From NCBI GenBank assembly GCA_009827225.1, contig WUAI01000012.1:488-64487 (forward strand): a stretch of 64,000 bases of DNA, written 5' to 3'. Source of the stretch: Flavobacteriaceae bacterium. GTDB lineage: Bacteria; Bacteroidota; Bacteroidia; Flavobacteriales; Flavobacteriaceae. The notes under the pieces were generated by a model. The model was not told the DNA's origin and did not search any database. It was given only the letters and a program-made list of their open reading frames with translations. Shown in pieces: positions 26,850 to 38,239 of this stretch. The position numbers and the translations under genes were made by a program. Position 1 is the first letter of the stretch, and every line of letters starts with the position of its first letter.

Positions 26850-28339
26850 ATCTCAAACCATTCCTCTCTGAAGGCCGTATCGCCTTTTCCTTCAAGCGAT
26901 TTATGAACGAATTTGCCATTTTCGTGTAAATATTCTTCCTGATAATCAGCCCAATTTTGTGCTAATTCAATAAGGCTGTCACACACATACTTTAATTCAT
27001 TATTTGTAGTAGTAGGATGCAATGATATACGCACCCAACCGGGCCGAATCAACACTTTCCCCGATTCTACTTCACTGAGTATGCTAAGGGAGCTTTTTTG
27101 ATCAATTTCCAGGAGATAATGCCCGTAAGTACCCGCGCAGCTGCAGCCTCCACGAGATTGTATTCCAAATCGGTCATTCAAAATTTTAACCGCCAGGTCA
27201 TAATTCAATTCCCCAATATTCAGGGAGATCACACCCAATCGATCTTCATGTTCACCCGCTAGAATAGAAATATCTTTTATGGGTTTAATTCGCTCGAAAA
27301 AGTAGGACAACATTTCTTCTTCCCTTTCCAGCATTTTCTCAACGCCCATCTTTTCTTTCAATTTAATCGCCAGTGAGGTCCGTATCACTTGTAAAAATCC
27401 GGGTGTTCCACCGTCTTCACGTTCTTCAATATCTTCGATGTATCGATGAGTTCCCCACGGATTGGTCCATGTTACAGTTCCTCCTCCGGGGCAATCCGGT
27501 ACTAGATTTCGATATAATTTACGATTGAAAAGCAATACCCCGCTACTCCCGGGACCCCCTAGGAACTTATGCGGTGATATAAAAATGGCATCCAGGTGCG
27601 CCTCCGGATCTTCAGGATGCATGTCTATTTTGATATAAGGTGCCGAACAGGCAAAATCCACGAAACACAATCCATCATTCTGATGCATAAGTTTTGCGAC
27701 TTCAAAATATGGCGTTGTGATTCCTGTAACGTTGGAACAACTGGTGATGGAGGCAATTTTTAACGCTTCGGAGTCCTTATATTGATCTAATAATGCTTTG
27801 AAATTCTCAAGACAAAAAAGCCCTTCTTCGTTACAAGGTATTACGATCACCTTCGCGATGGTTTCCATCCATGAGGTCTGATTGGAATGATGCTCCATAT
27901 GCGAGACAAACACGATGGGCCTGTTCTCTTCTTCAATTTCAAAATAGTCCTTGATTTGTTCCGGTACTTTAAGACCAAGGATCCTTTGAAATTTATTAAT
28001 CGCCCCGGTCATACCGGTCCCGGTGGTAATCAGAACATCATCTTCACTGGCATTTACATGTTTTTTGATGATATTCCTTGCTGCATGATAAGCCAGGGTC
28101 ATCGCGGTTCCACTGGCGGTAGTCTGAGTGTGGGTATTCGCAACAAAAGGTCCGAACTCCTGCAGCATTTTCGATTCGATCGGGCCATATAGGCGTCCGC
28201 TGGCTGTCCAGTCTGTATACACTATTTTCTTAACTCCATAAGGAGATTCAAAAGTTTGATCTATTCCAAGAATATTTTCACGGAATTTGGAAAAATAGTG
28301 TTCCAAGGAAGTTTCGGCCTTGGTTTGGAGTGGTTCCAC
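26846..28339 (-). CDS. Aminotransferase class V-fold PLP enzyme (cysteine desulfurase/lyase-like)
   Basis: ISPHKFLGGPGSSGVL (PLP lysine context), 497 aa. GTG start. Confidence 0.7.
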   Translation of the reverse strand: MEPLQTKAETSLEHYFSKFRENILGIDQTFESPYGVKKIVYTDWTASGRLYGPIESKMLQEFGPFVANTHTQTTASGTAMTLAYHAARNIIKKHVNASEDDVLITTGTGMTGAINKFQRILGLKVPEQIKDYFEIEEENRPIVFVSHMEHHSNQTSWMETIAKVIVIPCNEEGLFCLENFKALLDQYKDSEALKIASITSCSNVTGITTPYFEVAKLMHQNDGLCFVDFACSAPYIKIDMHPEDPEAHLDAIFISPHKFLGGPGSSGVLLFNRKLYRNLVPDCPGGGTVTWTNPWGTHRYIEDIEEREDGGTPGFLQVIRTSLAIKLKEKMGVEKMLEREEEMLSYFFERIKPIKDISILAGEHEDRLGVISLNIGELNYDLAVKILNDRFGIQSRGGCSCAGTYGHYLLEIDQKSSLSILSEVESGKVLIRPGWVRISLHPTTTNNELKYVCDSLIELAQNWADYQEEYLHENGKFVHKSLEGKGDTAFREEWFEI

Positions 28340-28375
28340 GGTTAGGGTAAGTTTTGTCCCTATAAATGTAAGAAA

Positions 28376-29764
28376 TTAAATAGAAGCAACTGTCTTGATT
28401 TCTTCTATGAATCGATCCGCCAATGCATCAGCTTCTACCTGTGATTTGGCCTCGGTATAAATTCGAATGATAGGTTCGGTATTCGACTTGCGCAAGTGCA
28501 CCCAGTTTTCAGGAAAGTCAATTTTCACCCCATCGATGGTTTGAATTTCTTCGGAAGCATACTTCTGCTCAAACGCTTTCAGAATTCCATCCACATCCAA
28601 TTCGGGTGTTAACTGTATCTTCTTCTTACTCATAAAATAAGACGGATAACGTTTCCGAAGTTCACTTACCGATAAATTTTCTTCCGCCAAATGACTTAAG
28701 AACAAGGCAATCCCCACAAGGCTGTCCCTTCCGTAGTGCAAATCAGGATAAATGATTCCTCCATTACCTTCTCCACCAATTACCGCTCCGGTGGATTTCA
28801 TTTCCGTAACTACATTCACCTCACCCACCGCACTGGAACTGTAGGTGCCTCCCCGCTGCAGAGCAACATCCCTCAAAGCTCTAGAAGAAGACATATTGCT
28901 CACCGTATGACCCGTTTTATTTTTAAGTATGTAATCTGCCACTGCCACCAGGGTATATTCCTCGCCAAACATTTCACCATTTTCATCCACAAAGGCCAAT
29001 CGGTCCACATCGGGATCCACCACAATACCGAAATCGGCCTTCTGGTCTTTCACCATAGCCATTAGATCGGTTAAATGCTCCTTCAAAGGCTCCGGATTGT
29101 GCGGAAATTCACCATTAGGAGTACAATACAACTTGACGGGATGTACGCCTAAAGCCTCGAGTAAGAGAGGTACTGCGATTCCTCCTGTGGAATTTACCCC
29201 GTCTACTACCACCTTGAATCCTGCTTTTCGGATGGACTCTGCATCCACTAGTTCAAGGTCCAGTATCTCATCAATATGCAAGTCGATATAAGCATCGTTA
29301 CGGATGATGCTTCCTAACCGATCCACTTCAGCAAAATCGGAATCCTCAGCTTCTGCGATCTCTAGTATCTTTTGACCGGCTTCAGCATCCAGAAACTCTC
29401 CCTTGCTATTAAGTAATTTGAGTGCATTCCATTGTTTGGGGTTATGGCTGGCGGTGAGAATGATTCCGCCATCAGCGTGCTCGAGTGCAACCGCTACCTC
29501 CACGGTAGGTGTCGTCGAAAGACCCAAATCCACGACATCGATTCCCATACCTACCAGGGTTTGCATTACCAATTGCTGAATCATATTTCCGGAAATACGC
29601 GCATCACGGCCTACGACCACACGATAGGTTTCCTTATCGCGCTGTGCACGAACCCAGCTACCATAGGCAGCCGCGTACTTCACCGCATCGATCGGGGTAA
29701 GGTTATCCCCTTGCTTCCCTCCTATGGTTCCTCGTATCCCTGAAATGGATTTAATCAATGTCAT
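28376..29764 (-). CDS. glmM: Phosphoglucosamine mutase
   Basis: Active-site ILTASHNP, N-terminus MTLIKSISGIRG, 462 aa. Confidence 0.88.
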   Translation of the reverse strand: MTLIKSISGIRGTIGGKQGDNLTPIDAVKYAAAYGSWVRAQRDKETYRVVVGRDARISGNMIQQLVMQTLVGMGIDVVDLGLSTTPTVEVAVALEHADGGIILTASHNPKQWNALKLLNSKGEFLDAEAGQKILEIAEAEDSDFAEVDRLGSIIRNDAYIDLHIDEILDLELVDAESIRKAGFKVVVDGVNSTGGIAVPLLLEALGVHPVKLYCTPNGEFPHNPEPLKEHLTDLMAMVKDQKADFGIVVDPDVDRLAFVDENGEMFGEEYTLVAVADYILKNKTGHTVSNMSSSRALRDVALQRGGTYSSSAVGEVNVVTEMKSTGAVIGGEGNGGIIYPDLHYGRDSLVGIALFLSHLAEENLSVSELRKRYPSYFMSKKKIQLTPELDVDGILKAFEQKYASEEIQTIDGVKIDFPENWVHLRKSNTEPIIRIYTEAKSQVEADALADRFIEEIKTVASI

Positions 29765-29780
29765 TTGCTGAAATTTTGAG

Positions 29781-29788
29781 CAAAGATA
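29781..29788 (-). promoter_or_regulatory. Candidate -7 box TATCTTTG for glmM
   Basis: The reverse complement of CAAAGATA matches TAnnTTTG. It lies 16 nt upstream of the glmM ATG (29764). Confidence 0.3.
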
Positions 29789-29835
29789 CTTTTTCTAAAA
29801 CATAATTTTAGCTCCATTTTTGTAAATTGTACCGA

Positions 29836-30420
29836 ATGAATTTTCTCGCACATATTTATCTTTCAGGCGATGATGAAGGGGTGATAATCGGTAATTTTAT
29901 TGCCGATGGTATTAAGGGAAAGCGCTACGAAAAGTATCCTGAAGCCATCCAAAAAGGTATCCTACTTCATCGGGGAATTGATTCGTATACCGACCAGCAT
30001 CCCACAGTAAGAAAAAGCACTGCCAGACTTCATAAAAATTACGGCCATTATGCCGGGGTGATCGTGGACATACTGTACGATCATTTCCTTGCGAAAAACT
30101 GGAAGAAATATCACGACACTCCACTGGAGATTTTTGTCGAGAATTTTTATGAATTACTTCGGAATAACTTCACGATTTTACCGGCTAGGATTCAACGAAT
30201 GATGCCCTATATGATAAGTGATAACTGGTTGCTTAGTTATGCTACTATTCCTGGTATCAGTAAGATTCTGAACCAGATGAATGTTCGCACCAAGGGCATT
30301 TCGAAGATGAATTTTGCCGTGGTGGAACTGGAACAATATTACGAGTTGTTTGAGGAAGAATTCACGTCCTACTTCGAAGAACTCATTGAATTTTCAAAAA
30401 ACAAACTCGCCCAACTATGA
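29836..30420 (+). CDS. acpH: Acyl carrier protein phosphodiesterase
   Basis: N-terminus [28 protein letters not shown] is typical of AcpH. Confidence 0.8.
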   Translation: MNFLAHIYLSGDDEGVIIGNFIADGIKGKRYEKYPEAIQKGILLHRGIDSYTDQHPTVRKSTARLHKNYGHYAGVIVDILYDHFLAKNWKKYHDTPLEIFVENFYELLRNNFTILPARIQRMMPYMISDNWLLSYATIPGISKILNQMNVRTKGISKMNFAVVELEQYYELFEEEFTSYFEELIEFSKNKLAQL

Positions 30421-32120
30421 ATTGGAAATTTCTCGCCGCACTACTCATACTTTTTAGTTGTAAAACTGAACCTGAAAAGAAGGAACTAACCCTTCCAAAA
30501 CAAGGCCTTATTGTTGAAAATGCTATGGTTGTTTCAGCAAGAGAGGAGGCTTCCCGGATTGGTGTACAAATCCTCAAGCAAGGCGGTAATGCCTTTGATG
30601 CGATGATTGCTACAGAGATGGCCCTGGCTGTTACCTATCCTAATGCTGGAAATTTGGGAGGCGGCGGATTTATGGTTTATCGAACCCGATACGGTGAATT
30701 GGGAGCGTTCGATTATCGCGAGAAGGCACCTATCAAGGCTTCCCGGGATATGTACCTGGATGAAGAAGGAAATTTTATTTCAGAAAAAAGCAAAAGAGGA
30801 AGTCTCGCCGTAGGAGTACCGGGTACGATTGCAGGAATGTTTGCGGTCCATGAAAAACTGGGCTCTCTTCCTATGGATGTCATCCTGCAACCGGTTATCG
30901 AGTTAGCAAGAAACGGATATGTCGTTACCGAACTGCAGGCTTCGACCCAGGAAGAATTTATCCCGATCATCAAAGAAACCAATGGCGAAGAATCCATCTT
31001 TACCCGGAAATATGTTGCAGGTGACACCCTTAAGAACATTGCACTGGCAAATACCTTGTCCAGAATTGCTGAAAAAGGCAGATCGGAATTTTACGATGGT
31101 GAGACCGCAAAGATTTTGAGCGATTATATGCAGGAAAAAGGAGGTATTATTACGATCGATGATATGAAAGCTTATGAGGCAGAATGGCGGGAACCACTTG
31201 TTTTTGATTACAAGGATTTACGGGTGATTTCCATGTCCCCACCATCTAGTGGCGGCGTTTGTCTGGCCCAAATCCTAAAGATGATAGAACCATACCCAAT
31301 CGATGAATACGGACATAATTCGGTGAAGTCCATCCAGGTCATCACAGAAGCTGAGCGAAGAGCTTATGCGGATCGTAGTTTTTACCTCGGTGATCCTGAT
31401 TTTGTAAATATCCCAATCGACTCCCTGCTGGCAGATGCATATCTTTTGGAACGGATGGAAAGTTTTAGTTTCGATGAGGCTACGGAATCCTCCAGCCTGA
31501 GTTATGGTAGCATCCCCGGCTATGAAAGTACGGAAACGACGCACTATTCCATTGTAGACAGTTTGGGAAATGCAATTGCCGTTACCACGACTTTAAATTC
31601 TTACTACGGGTCAAAACTGTATGTGAAAGAACTGGGGTTTTTCTTGAATAATGAAATGGACGATTTCAGCGCCAAACCGGGCGAACCGAATATGTTTGGA
31701 CTTATTGGCGGAGAAGCGAATGCCATCGAACCGCAAAAGCGAATGTTGAGTTCCATGACCCCAACCCTGGTGGAAAAAGACGGCAAATTCTGGATGAGCG
31801 TGGGTACTCCCGGAGGGTCTACGATCATTACCTCTGTACTACAAACCATTCTGAATGTCTATGAACACGACATGAGTATGCAGGATGCCGTTGATGCACC
31901 GCGATTTCACCACCAATGGTTGCCTGATATAATTCTTTTCGAACCGGAATCCTTTGCACCTTCGGATTTAGATAAATTACGAGAGAAAGGCTATACACCC
32001 GACGAACAGAACTCTCCTGTGATTGGCAAAGTAGACGCTATCCTGGTACTTCCGGATGGCAAACTAGAAGGAGGCGCAGACCGCCGTGGTGACGATACCG
32101 CTGTCGGTTACCTCCCATAA
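30417..32120 (+). CDS. ggt: Gamma-glutamyltransferase
   Basis: Autoprocessing/catalytic Thr context ETTHYSIVD, lipoprotein signal LFSC, 567 aa. ATGA overlap with acpH. Confidence 0.92.
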   Translation: MNWKFLAALLILFSCKTEPEKKELTLPKQGLIVENAMVVSAREEASRIGVQILKQGGNAFDAMIATEMALAVTYPNAGNLGGGGFMVYRTRYGELGAFDYREKAPIKASRDMYLDEEGNFISEKSKRGSLAVGVPGTIAGMFAVHEKLGSLPMDVILQPVIELARNGYVVTELQASTQEEFIPIIKETNGEESIFTRKYVAGDTLKNIALANTLSRIAEKGRSEFYDGETAKILSDYMQEKGGIITIDDMKAYEAEWREPLVFDYKDLRVISMSPPSSGGVCLAQILKMIEPYPIDEYGHNSVKSIQVITEAERRAYADRSFYLGDPDFVNIPIDSLLADAYLLERMESFSFDEATESSSLSYGSIPGYESTETTHYSIVDSLGNAIAVTTTLNSYYGSKLYVKELGFFLNNEMDDFSAKPGEPNMFGLIGGEANAIEPQKRMLSSMTPTLVEKDGKFWMSVGTPGGSTIITSVLQTILNVYEHDMSMQDAVDAPRFHHQWLPDIILFEPESFAPSDLDKLREKGYTPDEQNSPVIGKVDAILVLPDGKLEGGADRRGDDTAVGYLP

Positions 32121-32330
32121 ACCACCTTTTTTTAGTTCTTTATCGGTAAAACCGCACTTTATAACGATTTGTAGGTTTTTTACTACATTTTGTGAGAATT
32201 TGGGTTAATTTTGATATTGAATCAATACCTTAAAAATTGCAGTAAAGGGATCGTTGGGAATCCTTTATTCCCGCGGAGAAGCCCTTGAATTCCGCCCCCC
32301 GCTCCAGTTGCTAGCAATGCAGTTCGCTCT

Positions 32331-33347
32331 ATGAGAGACAATAAATCTTTCTTTAGGGACTTGTATGCCCTTATCCCGCTCATTTTAAGCGGGTTTCTCT
32401 GCATTGCATTGATCTTTCTTCTCTGGCAAAAATCGATTACAGACGTCACTTTTATTACTACCCTTGGCGATGTGTCTACTATCTTCATTAGTATCAGCGG
32501 ATTTTTAGCTGCCATTATCATGGTGTATCTGGCCTCTGCAGCCGCAGGCCTTAAAACTACACGAAATACGGTGATTGATACTTTAAGCAAGTTCACTCAG
32601 AAAATGCACAATTTCCGAACGATTGTAGAGCTACTGCTTCGTTCGAAAATGTGGCTACCGGGCCTTAATGAATACATTGATGAGGAATTTGCCGGTCTTA
32701 CGTTCTTCGAGGTCAAGGAATTCTACAAGGGGAAATCCAAGCTGGCCATCGAGTTTCTTCAGGAGACGCACCGATATGAGGACACGGAAAACCTCTATTT
32801 GGAGCTCAAATCACTGTTAATGACCAATCCGAAGGAGAAAAAGATTCCTGAAAACATCCGCTATCCCAGTGTCTATGAAAAAGACATTGTAGCCAAGTGG
32901 TTGGAACACAAATGCGGTTCCGGTTTGTGGTATTATTTCGGATATAAATACGGTAGTTTCAAGGAGTCGTTAGACTTCAATGCGGTGTTTGAACGGCATC
33001 AGGAAAAGATCATGACGCTGGCCAATGCTATCGATAGTGAGGCTTTCGAGGATTCTTCTTTTAATGAGGTCTTTCTTGCCAAGTTGGGAGAATACATGAG
33101 TAATGAAGTGATACCGAAGCTATTCCAGTTCCAGGATAAAAGCGACAGCAAAATGCCGGGGATCATTCGCTACCTCTACTCTATTTTCCTGTTCCTGGTG
33201 TTGTTTGGTGTATTGTTACCCCTGGCCTTCCTATTGTTATCACTACCCATTATCACATTAATCATAAGCTATGCGTTCGTGGTAAGTATTATCTTCTTCA
33301 TTGCTACCAGTTTCTATCAGTTTGTACTTCGGGAGATAAAAAGCTGA
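32331..33347 (+). CDS. Hypothetical membrane protein (2 TM + about 210-aa soluble region + 2 TM)
   Basis: 338-aa ORF with no motif I recognise. Hydrophobic helices sit at both ends. Confidence 0.45.
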   Translation: MRDNKSFFRDLYALIPLILSGFLCIALIFLLWQKSITDVTFITTLGDVSTIFISISGFLAAIIMVYLASAAAGLKTTRNTVIDTLSKFTQKMHNFRTIVELLLRSKMWLPGLNEYIDEEFAGLTFFEVKEFYKGKSKLAIEFLQETHRYEDTENLYLELKSLLMTNPKEKKIPENIRYPSVYEKDIVAKWLEHKCGSGLWYYFGYKYGSFKESLDFNAVFERHQEKIMTLANAIDSEAFEDSSFNEVFLAKLGEYMSNEVIPKLFQFQDKSDSKMPGIIRYLYSIFLFLVLFGVLLPLAFLLLSLPIITLIISYAFVVSIIFFIATSFYQFVLREIKS

Positions 33348-33408
33348 GATTAACATTTATTTTAACAACAGATTGTACCTGCTGACCAAAATTTTCAATC
33401 GGTTTCAG

Positions 33409-33416
33409 TACCTTTG
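33409..33416 (+). promoter_or_regulatory. Candidate -7 box TACCTTTG directly before the uvrA ATG
   Basis: Matches TAnnTTTG and ends 6 nt before the ATG at 33423. Confidence 0.3.
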
Positions 33417-33422
33417 CAAATT

Positions 33423-36254
33423 ATGGTAAAAAGCGACGAAGTTATTGAAGTTTTAGGGGCCAGAGTTCATAATTTAAAGAACATTGACGTTACCATTCCC
33501 CGTGAGCAATTGGTAGTAATTACAGGCCTTTCCGGCAGTGGGAAGTCCTCTTTAGCCTTTGATACTATCTATGCTGAAGGACAACGTCGCTATATCGAAA
33601 CCTTCTCGGCCTACGCGCGTCAGTTTTTAGGTAATCTCGAACGTCCGGATGTGGACAAGATCGAAGGTCTTTCCCCCGTCATTGCCATAGAGCAGAAAAC
33701 CACAAGTCGATCTCCGCGTTCCACCGTTGGAACCATTACCGAGATTTACGATTTCCTTCGACTCTTATTTGCACGTGCCAGCGATGCCTATAGTTACCAA
33801 ACCGGAGAAAAAATGGTAAGCTATAGCGATGAGCAGATCAAGGAACTTATCATCAAAGATTTCAACGACAAAAAAGTAAGCGTTCTCGCCCCGGTGGTGC
33901 GATCTCGTAAAGGTCATTATCGCGAACTTTTTGAACAAATCGGTAAACAGGGATTTTTGAAAGTTCGGGTAGATGGAGAAATCCTTGATATTGTAAAGGG
34001 AATGCGTATCGATCGCTACAAAACGCATGATATTGAGATAGTGATCGACCGCCTCAAGATCACAGAAGCGGTGGATCAGGACAAACGGTTGATGGAAACT
34101 ATCATAACCGCCATGTACCACGGTGATGACGTATTGATGGTTCTGGACAATGAAACTGGGAAAGCACGATATTTCAGTAGATCCCTAATGTGTCCTACTT
34201 CGGGTATCTCCTACCCAAATCCGGAACCCAATAATTTTTCTTTCAATTCTCCGAAAGGAATGTGCCCCAATTGCAAAGGTCTTGGTGAATTACACGAAGT
34301 GAACCTCGATAAAATTGTACCGGATAATCGGCTGTCCATTAAACAAGGAGCTTTAGCGCCTCATGGTCCGCAAAAGAGCAATTGGGTATTCAAACAACTG
34401 GAGATCATTGCACAACGATACGAATTCAAGTTGAGCGATCCCTTTGAAAGTATCCCGGAAGAAGCCAAAGACGTCATATTTAACGGAGGAAATTCTACTT
34501 TCGAAGTGGAGTCCAAAACCTTAGGGATTACCCGTAATTATAAGATTGATTTTGAAGGTGTTGCCACCTTTATTCAGAATACATTTGAAAACAACGATTC
34601 CAAATCTCTTCGACGTTGGGCAAAGGAGTATATGGATAAAATCCCTTGCTCCGAATGCAACGGCAGCCGATTGAGAAAAGAATCTCTCAACTTTAAGATC
34701 AATGGTAAGAATATCGCCGATCTGGCATCCATGGATGTCATTGAAATCTCCGAATGGTTCGAAAATATTGAAAAGGATCTCAGCGAAACACAGTTGAAGA
34801 TTGCTTCGGAAATCATTAAAGAAGTACGTGCCCGACTCAAATTCCTTGTGGATGTTGGACTCACTTACTTATCACTTAATCGAAGTTCTAAATCCTTGTC
34901 GGGTGGAGAGGCGCAGCGAATCCGCCTGGCAACGCAAATCGGATCTCAGCTGGTTGGGGTGCTTTATATATTGGATGAACCCAGTATTGGTTTGCATCAG
35001 CGGGACAATGAGAAACTGATCGATTCTCTGCTGAAATTGAAAGAAATTGGAAATTCGGTCATTGTCGTGGAACACGACAAAGACATGATCGAAAAGGCCA
35101 ACTACGTGATTGATATTGGTCCGGCAGCCGGAAAGCACGGTGGTGAGATCGTTTCCGAAGGAACACCTAAGGAAATTCTAGAGCATCATACGCTCACAGC
35201 AGATTATCTCAACGGAACCAAGGAAATCGCTATTCCGAAGAAAAGAAGAAAAGGAAACGGTAAAAAGCTTTCTCTTAAGGGAGCGACCGGAAATAATTTA
35301 AAGAATGTCGATCTGGAAATACCTTTGGGTAAAATGATCGGTGTAACGGGGGTTTCAGGAAGTGGTAAGTCGACACTGGTGAACGAAACCCTGTACCCCA
35401 TCCTTAATGCCCATTTCTTTAATGGTGTGAAAAAACCTATGCCTTTTAAAAAGATCGACGGCCTGAAACATATCGATAAAGTTATTGATATCAACCAGTC
35501 ACCCATTGGAAGGACTCCAAGATCTAATCCTGCAACCTATACAGGAGTATTTTCTGAAATCCGAACTCTGTTCTCCAAAGTACCGGAAGCGATGATTCGT
35601 GGCTATAAACCAGGTCGATTTAGCTTTAATGTGAAAGGTGGCCGTTGTGAGACTTGCCAGGGTGGCGGACTGAAAGTCATTGAAATGAATTTCCTTCCGG
35701 ATGTGTACGTGGAATGTGAGACGTGCCAAGGGAAACGATTTAATAGGGAAACTCTTGAAATTCGTTATAAAGGAAAATCGATTTACGATGTGCTGGAAAT
35801 GACCATCAATGAAGCCTGTGGTTTCTTTGAGCATATCCCAAAGATCTATCGAAAACTCAAAACCATACAGGATGTGGGCTTGGGTTATATTACCCTCGGG
35901 CAGCAGTCTACGACATTGTCCGGAGGCGAAGCTCAACGTATCAAACTTGCCAGTGAACTCTCCAAAAGGGACACCGGAAACACCATGTACATTTTGGATG
36001 AACCTACTACAGGGCTTCACTTCGAAGACATTAGGGTTCTTCTCCATGTATTGAACCGATTGGTCGATAAAGGAAACACTGTGGTCATCATCGAACATAA
36101 TCTCGATGTTATAAAAACCGTAGACTATATTGTGGATATTGGTCCTGAAGGAGGTAAGAAAGGTGGAAATATCGTGGCCACCGGAACACCTGAAGAATTG
36201 GTGAAGCATAAAAAGAGCTATACCGCACGATTCCTTAAAAAAGAACTACATTAG
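33423..36254 (+). CDS. uvrA: Excinuclease ABC subunit A
   Basis: Two ABC modules ([18 protein letters not shown], 2x LSGGEAQR) and zinc-finger Cys clusters. Confidence 0.97.
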   Translation: MVKSDEVIEVLGARVHNLKNIDVTIPREQLVVITGLSGSGKSSLAFDTIYAEGQRRYIETFSAYARQFLGNLERPDVDKIEGLSPVIAIEQKTTSRSPRSTVGTITEIYDFLRLLFARASDAYSYQTGEKMVSYSDEQIKELIIKDFNDKKVSVLAPVVRSRKGHYRELFEQIGKQGFLKVRVDGEILDIVKGMRIDRYKTHDIEIVIDRLKITEAVDQDKRLMETIITAMYHGDDVLMVLDNETGKARYFSRSLMCPTSGISYPNPEPNNFSFNSPKGMCPNCKGLGELHEVNLDKIVPDNRLSIKQGALAPHGPQKSNWVFKQLEIIAQRYEFKLSDPFESIPEEAKDVIFNGGNSTFEVESKTLGITRNYKIDFEGVATFIQNTFENNDSKSLRRWAKEYMDKIPCSECNGSRLRKESLNFKINGKNIADLASMDVIEISEWFENIEKDLSETQLKIASEIIKEVRARLKFLVDVGLTYLSLNRSSKSLSGGEAQRIRLATQIGSQLVGVLYILDEPSIGLHQRDNEKLIDSLLKLKEIGNSVIVVEHDKDMIEKANYVIDIGPAAGKHGGEIVSEGTPKEILEHHTLTADYLNGTKEIAIPKKRRKGNGKKLSLKGATGNNLKNVDLEIPLGKMIGVTGVSGSGKSTLVNETLYPILNAHFFNGVKKPMPFKKIDGLKHIDKVIDINQSPIGRTPRSNPATYTGVFSEIRTLFSKVPEAMIRGYKPGRFSFNVKGGRCETCQGGGLKVIEMNFLPDVYVECETCQGKRFNRETLEIRYKGKSIYDVLEMTINEACGFFEHIPKIYRKLKTIQDVGLGYITLGQQSTTLSGGEAQRIKLASELSKRDTGNTMYILDEPTTGLHFEDIRVLLHVLNRLVDKGNTVVIIEHNLDVIKTVDYIVDIGPEGGKKGGNIVATGTPEELVKHKKSYTARFLKKELH

Positions 36255-36265
36255 CTTTATAGAGT

Positions 36266-36961
36266 ATGACGATGAGAAGCAATAATCATAAGAAAAACTG
36301 GAACGAGATAAAAACTAACGATTCCTGGGCGATCTTCAAGATCATGGGAGAGTTTGTGAATGGTTTCGAAAGGATGAGCAGCATTGGCCCCTGTGTTTCC
36401 ATTTTTGGGTCCGCAAGAACTCAACCGGATGATGAGCATTACAAAATGGCCGTGAAAATTGCTGAAAAGATCACACTCAACGGATATGGTGTGATCACCG
36501 GCGGTGGCCCTGGTATCATGGAAGCGGGTAATAAAGGTGCCCATTTGGCCGGTGGAACATCCGTTGGGCTGAATATCGACCTGCCTTTTGAACAACATGA
36601 CAATCCTTATATCGATGGTGATAAAAGCCTCGATTTCGATTACTTTTTTGTTCGGAAAGTGATGTTCGTAAAGTATTCCCAGGGATTTGTAGTAATGCCC
36701 GGCGGATTCGGAACACTGGACGAACTCTTTGAAGCGATCACCTTGATCCAAACGCACAAAATTGACAAGTTTCCAATCATTTTAGTGGGAACATCCTTCT
36801 GGACCGGTCTTATTGACTGGATCAAAACTACCTTGTTACAACAGAACGGTAATATTAGCGCAAAAGACCTGGATTTAATCCACATCGTTGATAATGAAGA
36901 CCAGGTCCTGGACATCTTAAACAGCTTCTACGATAAATATAATCTCAGTCCTAACTTCTAA
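36266..36961 (+). CDS. LOG family / TIGR00730 Rossmann-fold nucleotide-binding protein
   Basis: GGGPGIMEA and PGGFGTLDELFE motifs. Confidence 0.85.
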   Translation: MTMRSNNHKKNWNEIKTNDSWAIFKIMGEFVNGFERMSSIGPCVSIFGSARTQPDDEHYKMAVKIAEKITLNGYGVITGGGPGIMEAGNKGAHLAGGTSVGLNIDLPFEQHDNPYIDGDKSLDFDYFFVRKVMFVKYSQGFVVMPGGFGTLDELFEAITLIQTHKIDKFPIILVGTSFWTGLIDWIKTTLLQQNGNISAKDLDLIHIVDNEDQVLDILNSFYDKYNLSPNF

Positions 36962-36985
36962 AAAACAGCACATACCTCCCATCCT

Positions 36986-38239
36986 ATGCGACATATTTTG
37001 ATTGTGAGTCTATTGTTCCTTGGTGTGTTCAACCTATCGGCACAGAATACCATCAAAACAATGTTCTACAATCTGTTGCAGTATCCCGAGGCTCAGTCTG
37101 GTGACCACAGGGCGTTAATTTTGAAGGATATCATCGCCGAATATCAGCCTGACATTTTCATGGTGTGTGAATTGCAGTCGGCAGCGGGAAGAAACGAAAT
37201 TCTGGCAAAGTCCCTGAATGTGGATGGCAACCATTACATAGGGCTTCCCTTCGAAGCAAATCAGTCGGGTTCAGGAGATTTGCAGCAATTGTTGTTTTAT
37301 AGAAGCAACATGTTTACATTAATTGAAACCGATATTATCACCACTTTTGTTCGGGATATCAACCGTTATGTCTTGCAGTTAAATACGGCCAACGGAGATA
37401 TTGATCCTGTGGTTTTGGATATATATGTTTCGCATCTGAAGTCGAGTCAAGGGGGTGATAATGTCGCACTTCGGCTGGATATGGTGAATGAATTTACCGC
37501 TACTTTGGATGATTTGGATCCGAATTCGTTTATTATATTTTCAGGAGATTTAAACCTATATACCTCGACGGAACCTGCTTATATTGAATTACTGGATCCT
37601 ACCAATGCCATTACATTGGCCGACCCCATCGACCGTCCCGGTGCATGGAACTCGAACATTAATTTTCAAGACATACATACGCAGAGTACTCGCATCAGTT
37701 CTGGACCTTTTGGTGCTGGCGCAGGTGGTGGACTGGATGATCGTTTCGATTTCATTCTCATTTCTGAAAATATGCTGACGGATCCCAAATTGAAATACGT
37801 GCCCGATACCTATGAAGCCTATGGAAATAATGGGAACTGCTTTAATGAAAGCATCAACGATCCGGATTGCTTCGGAATATTTCCGCAGCAACTAAGGAAC
37901 GATTTATATGTGATGAGTGATCACTTGCCGGTAGTAATGGAATTAGAAACCGATCAGGAAATTATTTTATTGAATGGTACAGAGTTTGAGGCGGTATTAC
38001 CAAAATTTGATGTGGAGCAAACAGTAGTTGGAGACAACCTTCGACTTATTTTCCCGTCTAACTATGAAAAAGGACTCGAAGTAAGGATTTTTGACACTCT
38101 TGGTAAAGAAGTGATCAAGCTACCGGTTGGAAGTGGTGAAACTTTTAAGGATATAGATGTTTCCTCGCTGGCAGCAGGCATATACACCGTCTTGAGCAAC
38201 CCTTGGCCCTCGACTCCGCTAAAATTTGTAAAGAAGTAA
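36986..38239 (+). CDS. Secreted endonuclease/exonuclease/phosphatase-family protein with T9SS C-terminal sorting domain
   Basis: Signal peptide, EEP C-terminal motif SDHLPV, and a CTD-like tail (RIFDTLGKEV...AGIYTVL). Confidence 0.7.
   Translation: MRHILIVSLLFLGVFNLSAQNTIKTMFYNLLQYPEAQSGDHRALILKDIIAEYQPDIFMVCELQSAAGRNEILAKSLNVDGNHYIGLPFEANQSGSGDLQQLLFYRSNMFTLIETDIITTFVRDINRYVLQLNTANGDIDPVVLDIYVSHLKSSQGGDNVALRLDMVNEFTATLDDLDPNSFIIFSGDLNLYTSTEPAYIELLDPTNAITLADPIDRPGAWNSNINFQDIHTQSTRISSGPFGAGAGGGLDDRFDFILISENMLTDPKLKYVPDTYEAYGNNGNCFNESINDPDCFGIFPQQLRNDLYVMSDHLPVVMELETDQEIILLNGTEFEAVLPKFDVEQTVVGDNLRLIFPSNYEKGLEVRIFDTLGKEVIKLPVGSGETFKDIDVSSLAAGIYTVLSNPWPSTPLKFVKK

Noticed and set aside
32248-32310. 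GC-rich segment ending ...CCGCCCCCCGCTCCA, considered as a tRNA 3' fragment or att-site remnant
   Set aside because: I could not fold it into a T-arm plus acceptor stem. There is no flanking integrase and no direct repeat elsewhere in the window.
32222-32596. 124-aa minus-strand ORF across the ggt/ORF32331 gap
   Set aside because: It overlaps the 5' end of the plus-strand membrane-protein ORF and the GC-rich hairpins. It has no motif and is probably spurious.
35499-36209. 236-aa minus-strand ORF
   Set aside because: It lies antisense within uvrA, whose identity is unambiguous. It is a typical long shadow ORF.
36257-36757. 166-aa minus-strand ORF
   Set aside because: It lies antisense to the LOG-family gene, which carries the diagnostic PGGFGTLDELFE motif on the plus strand.
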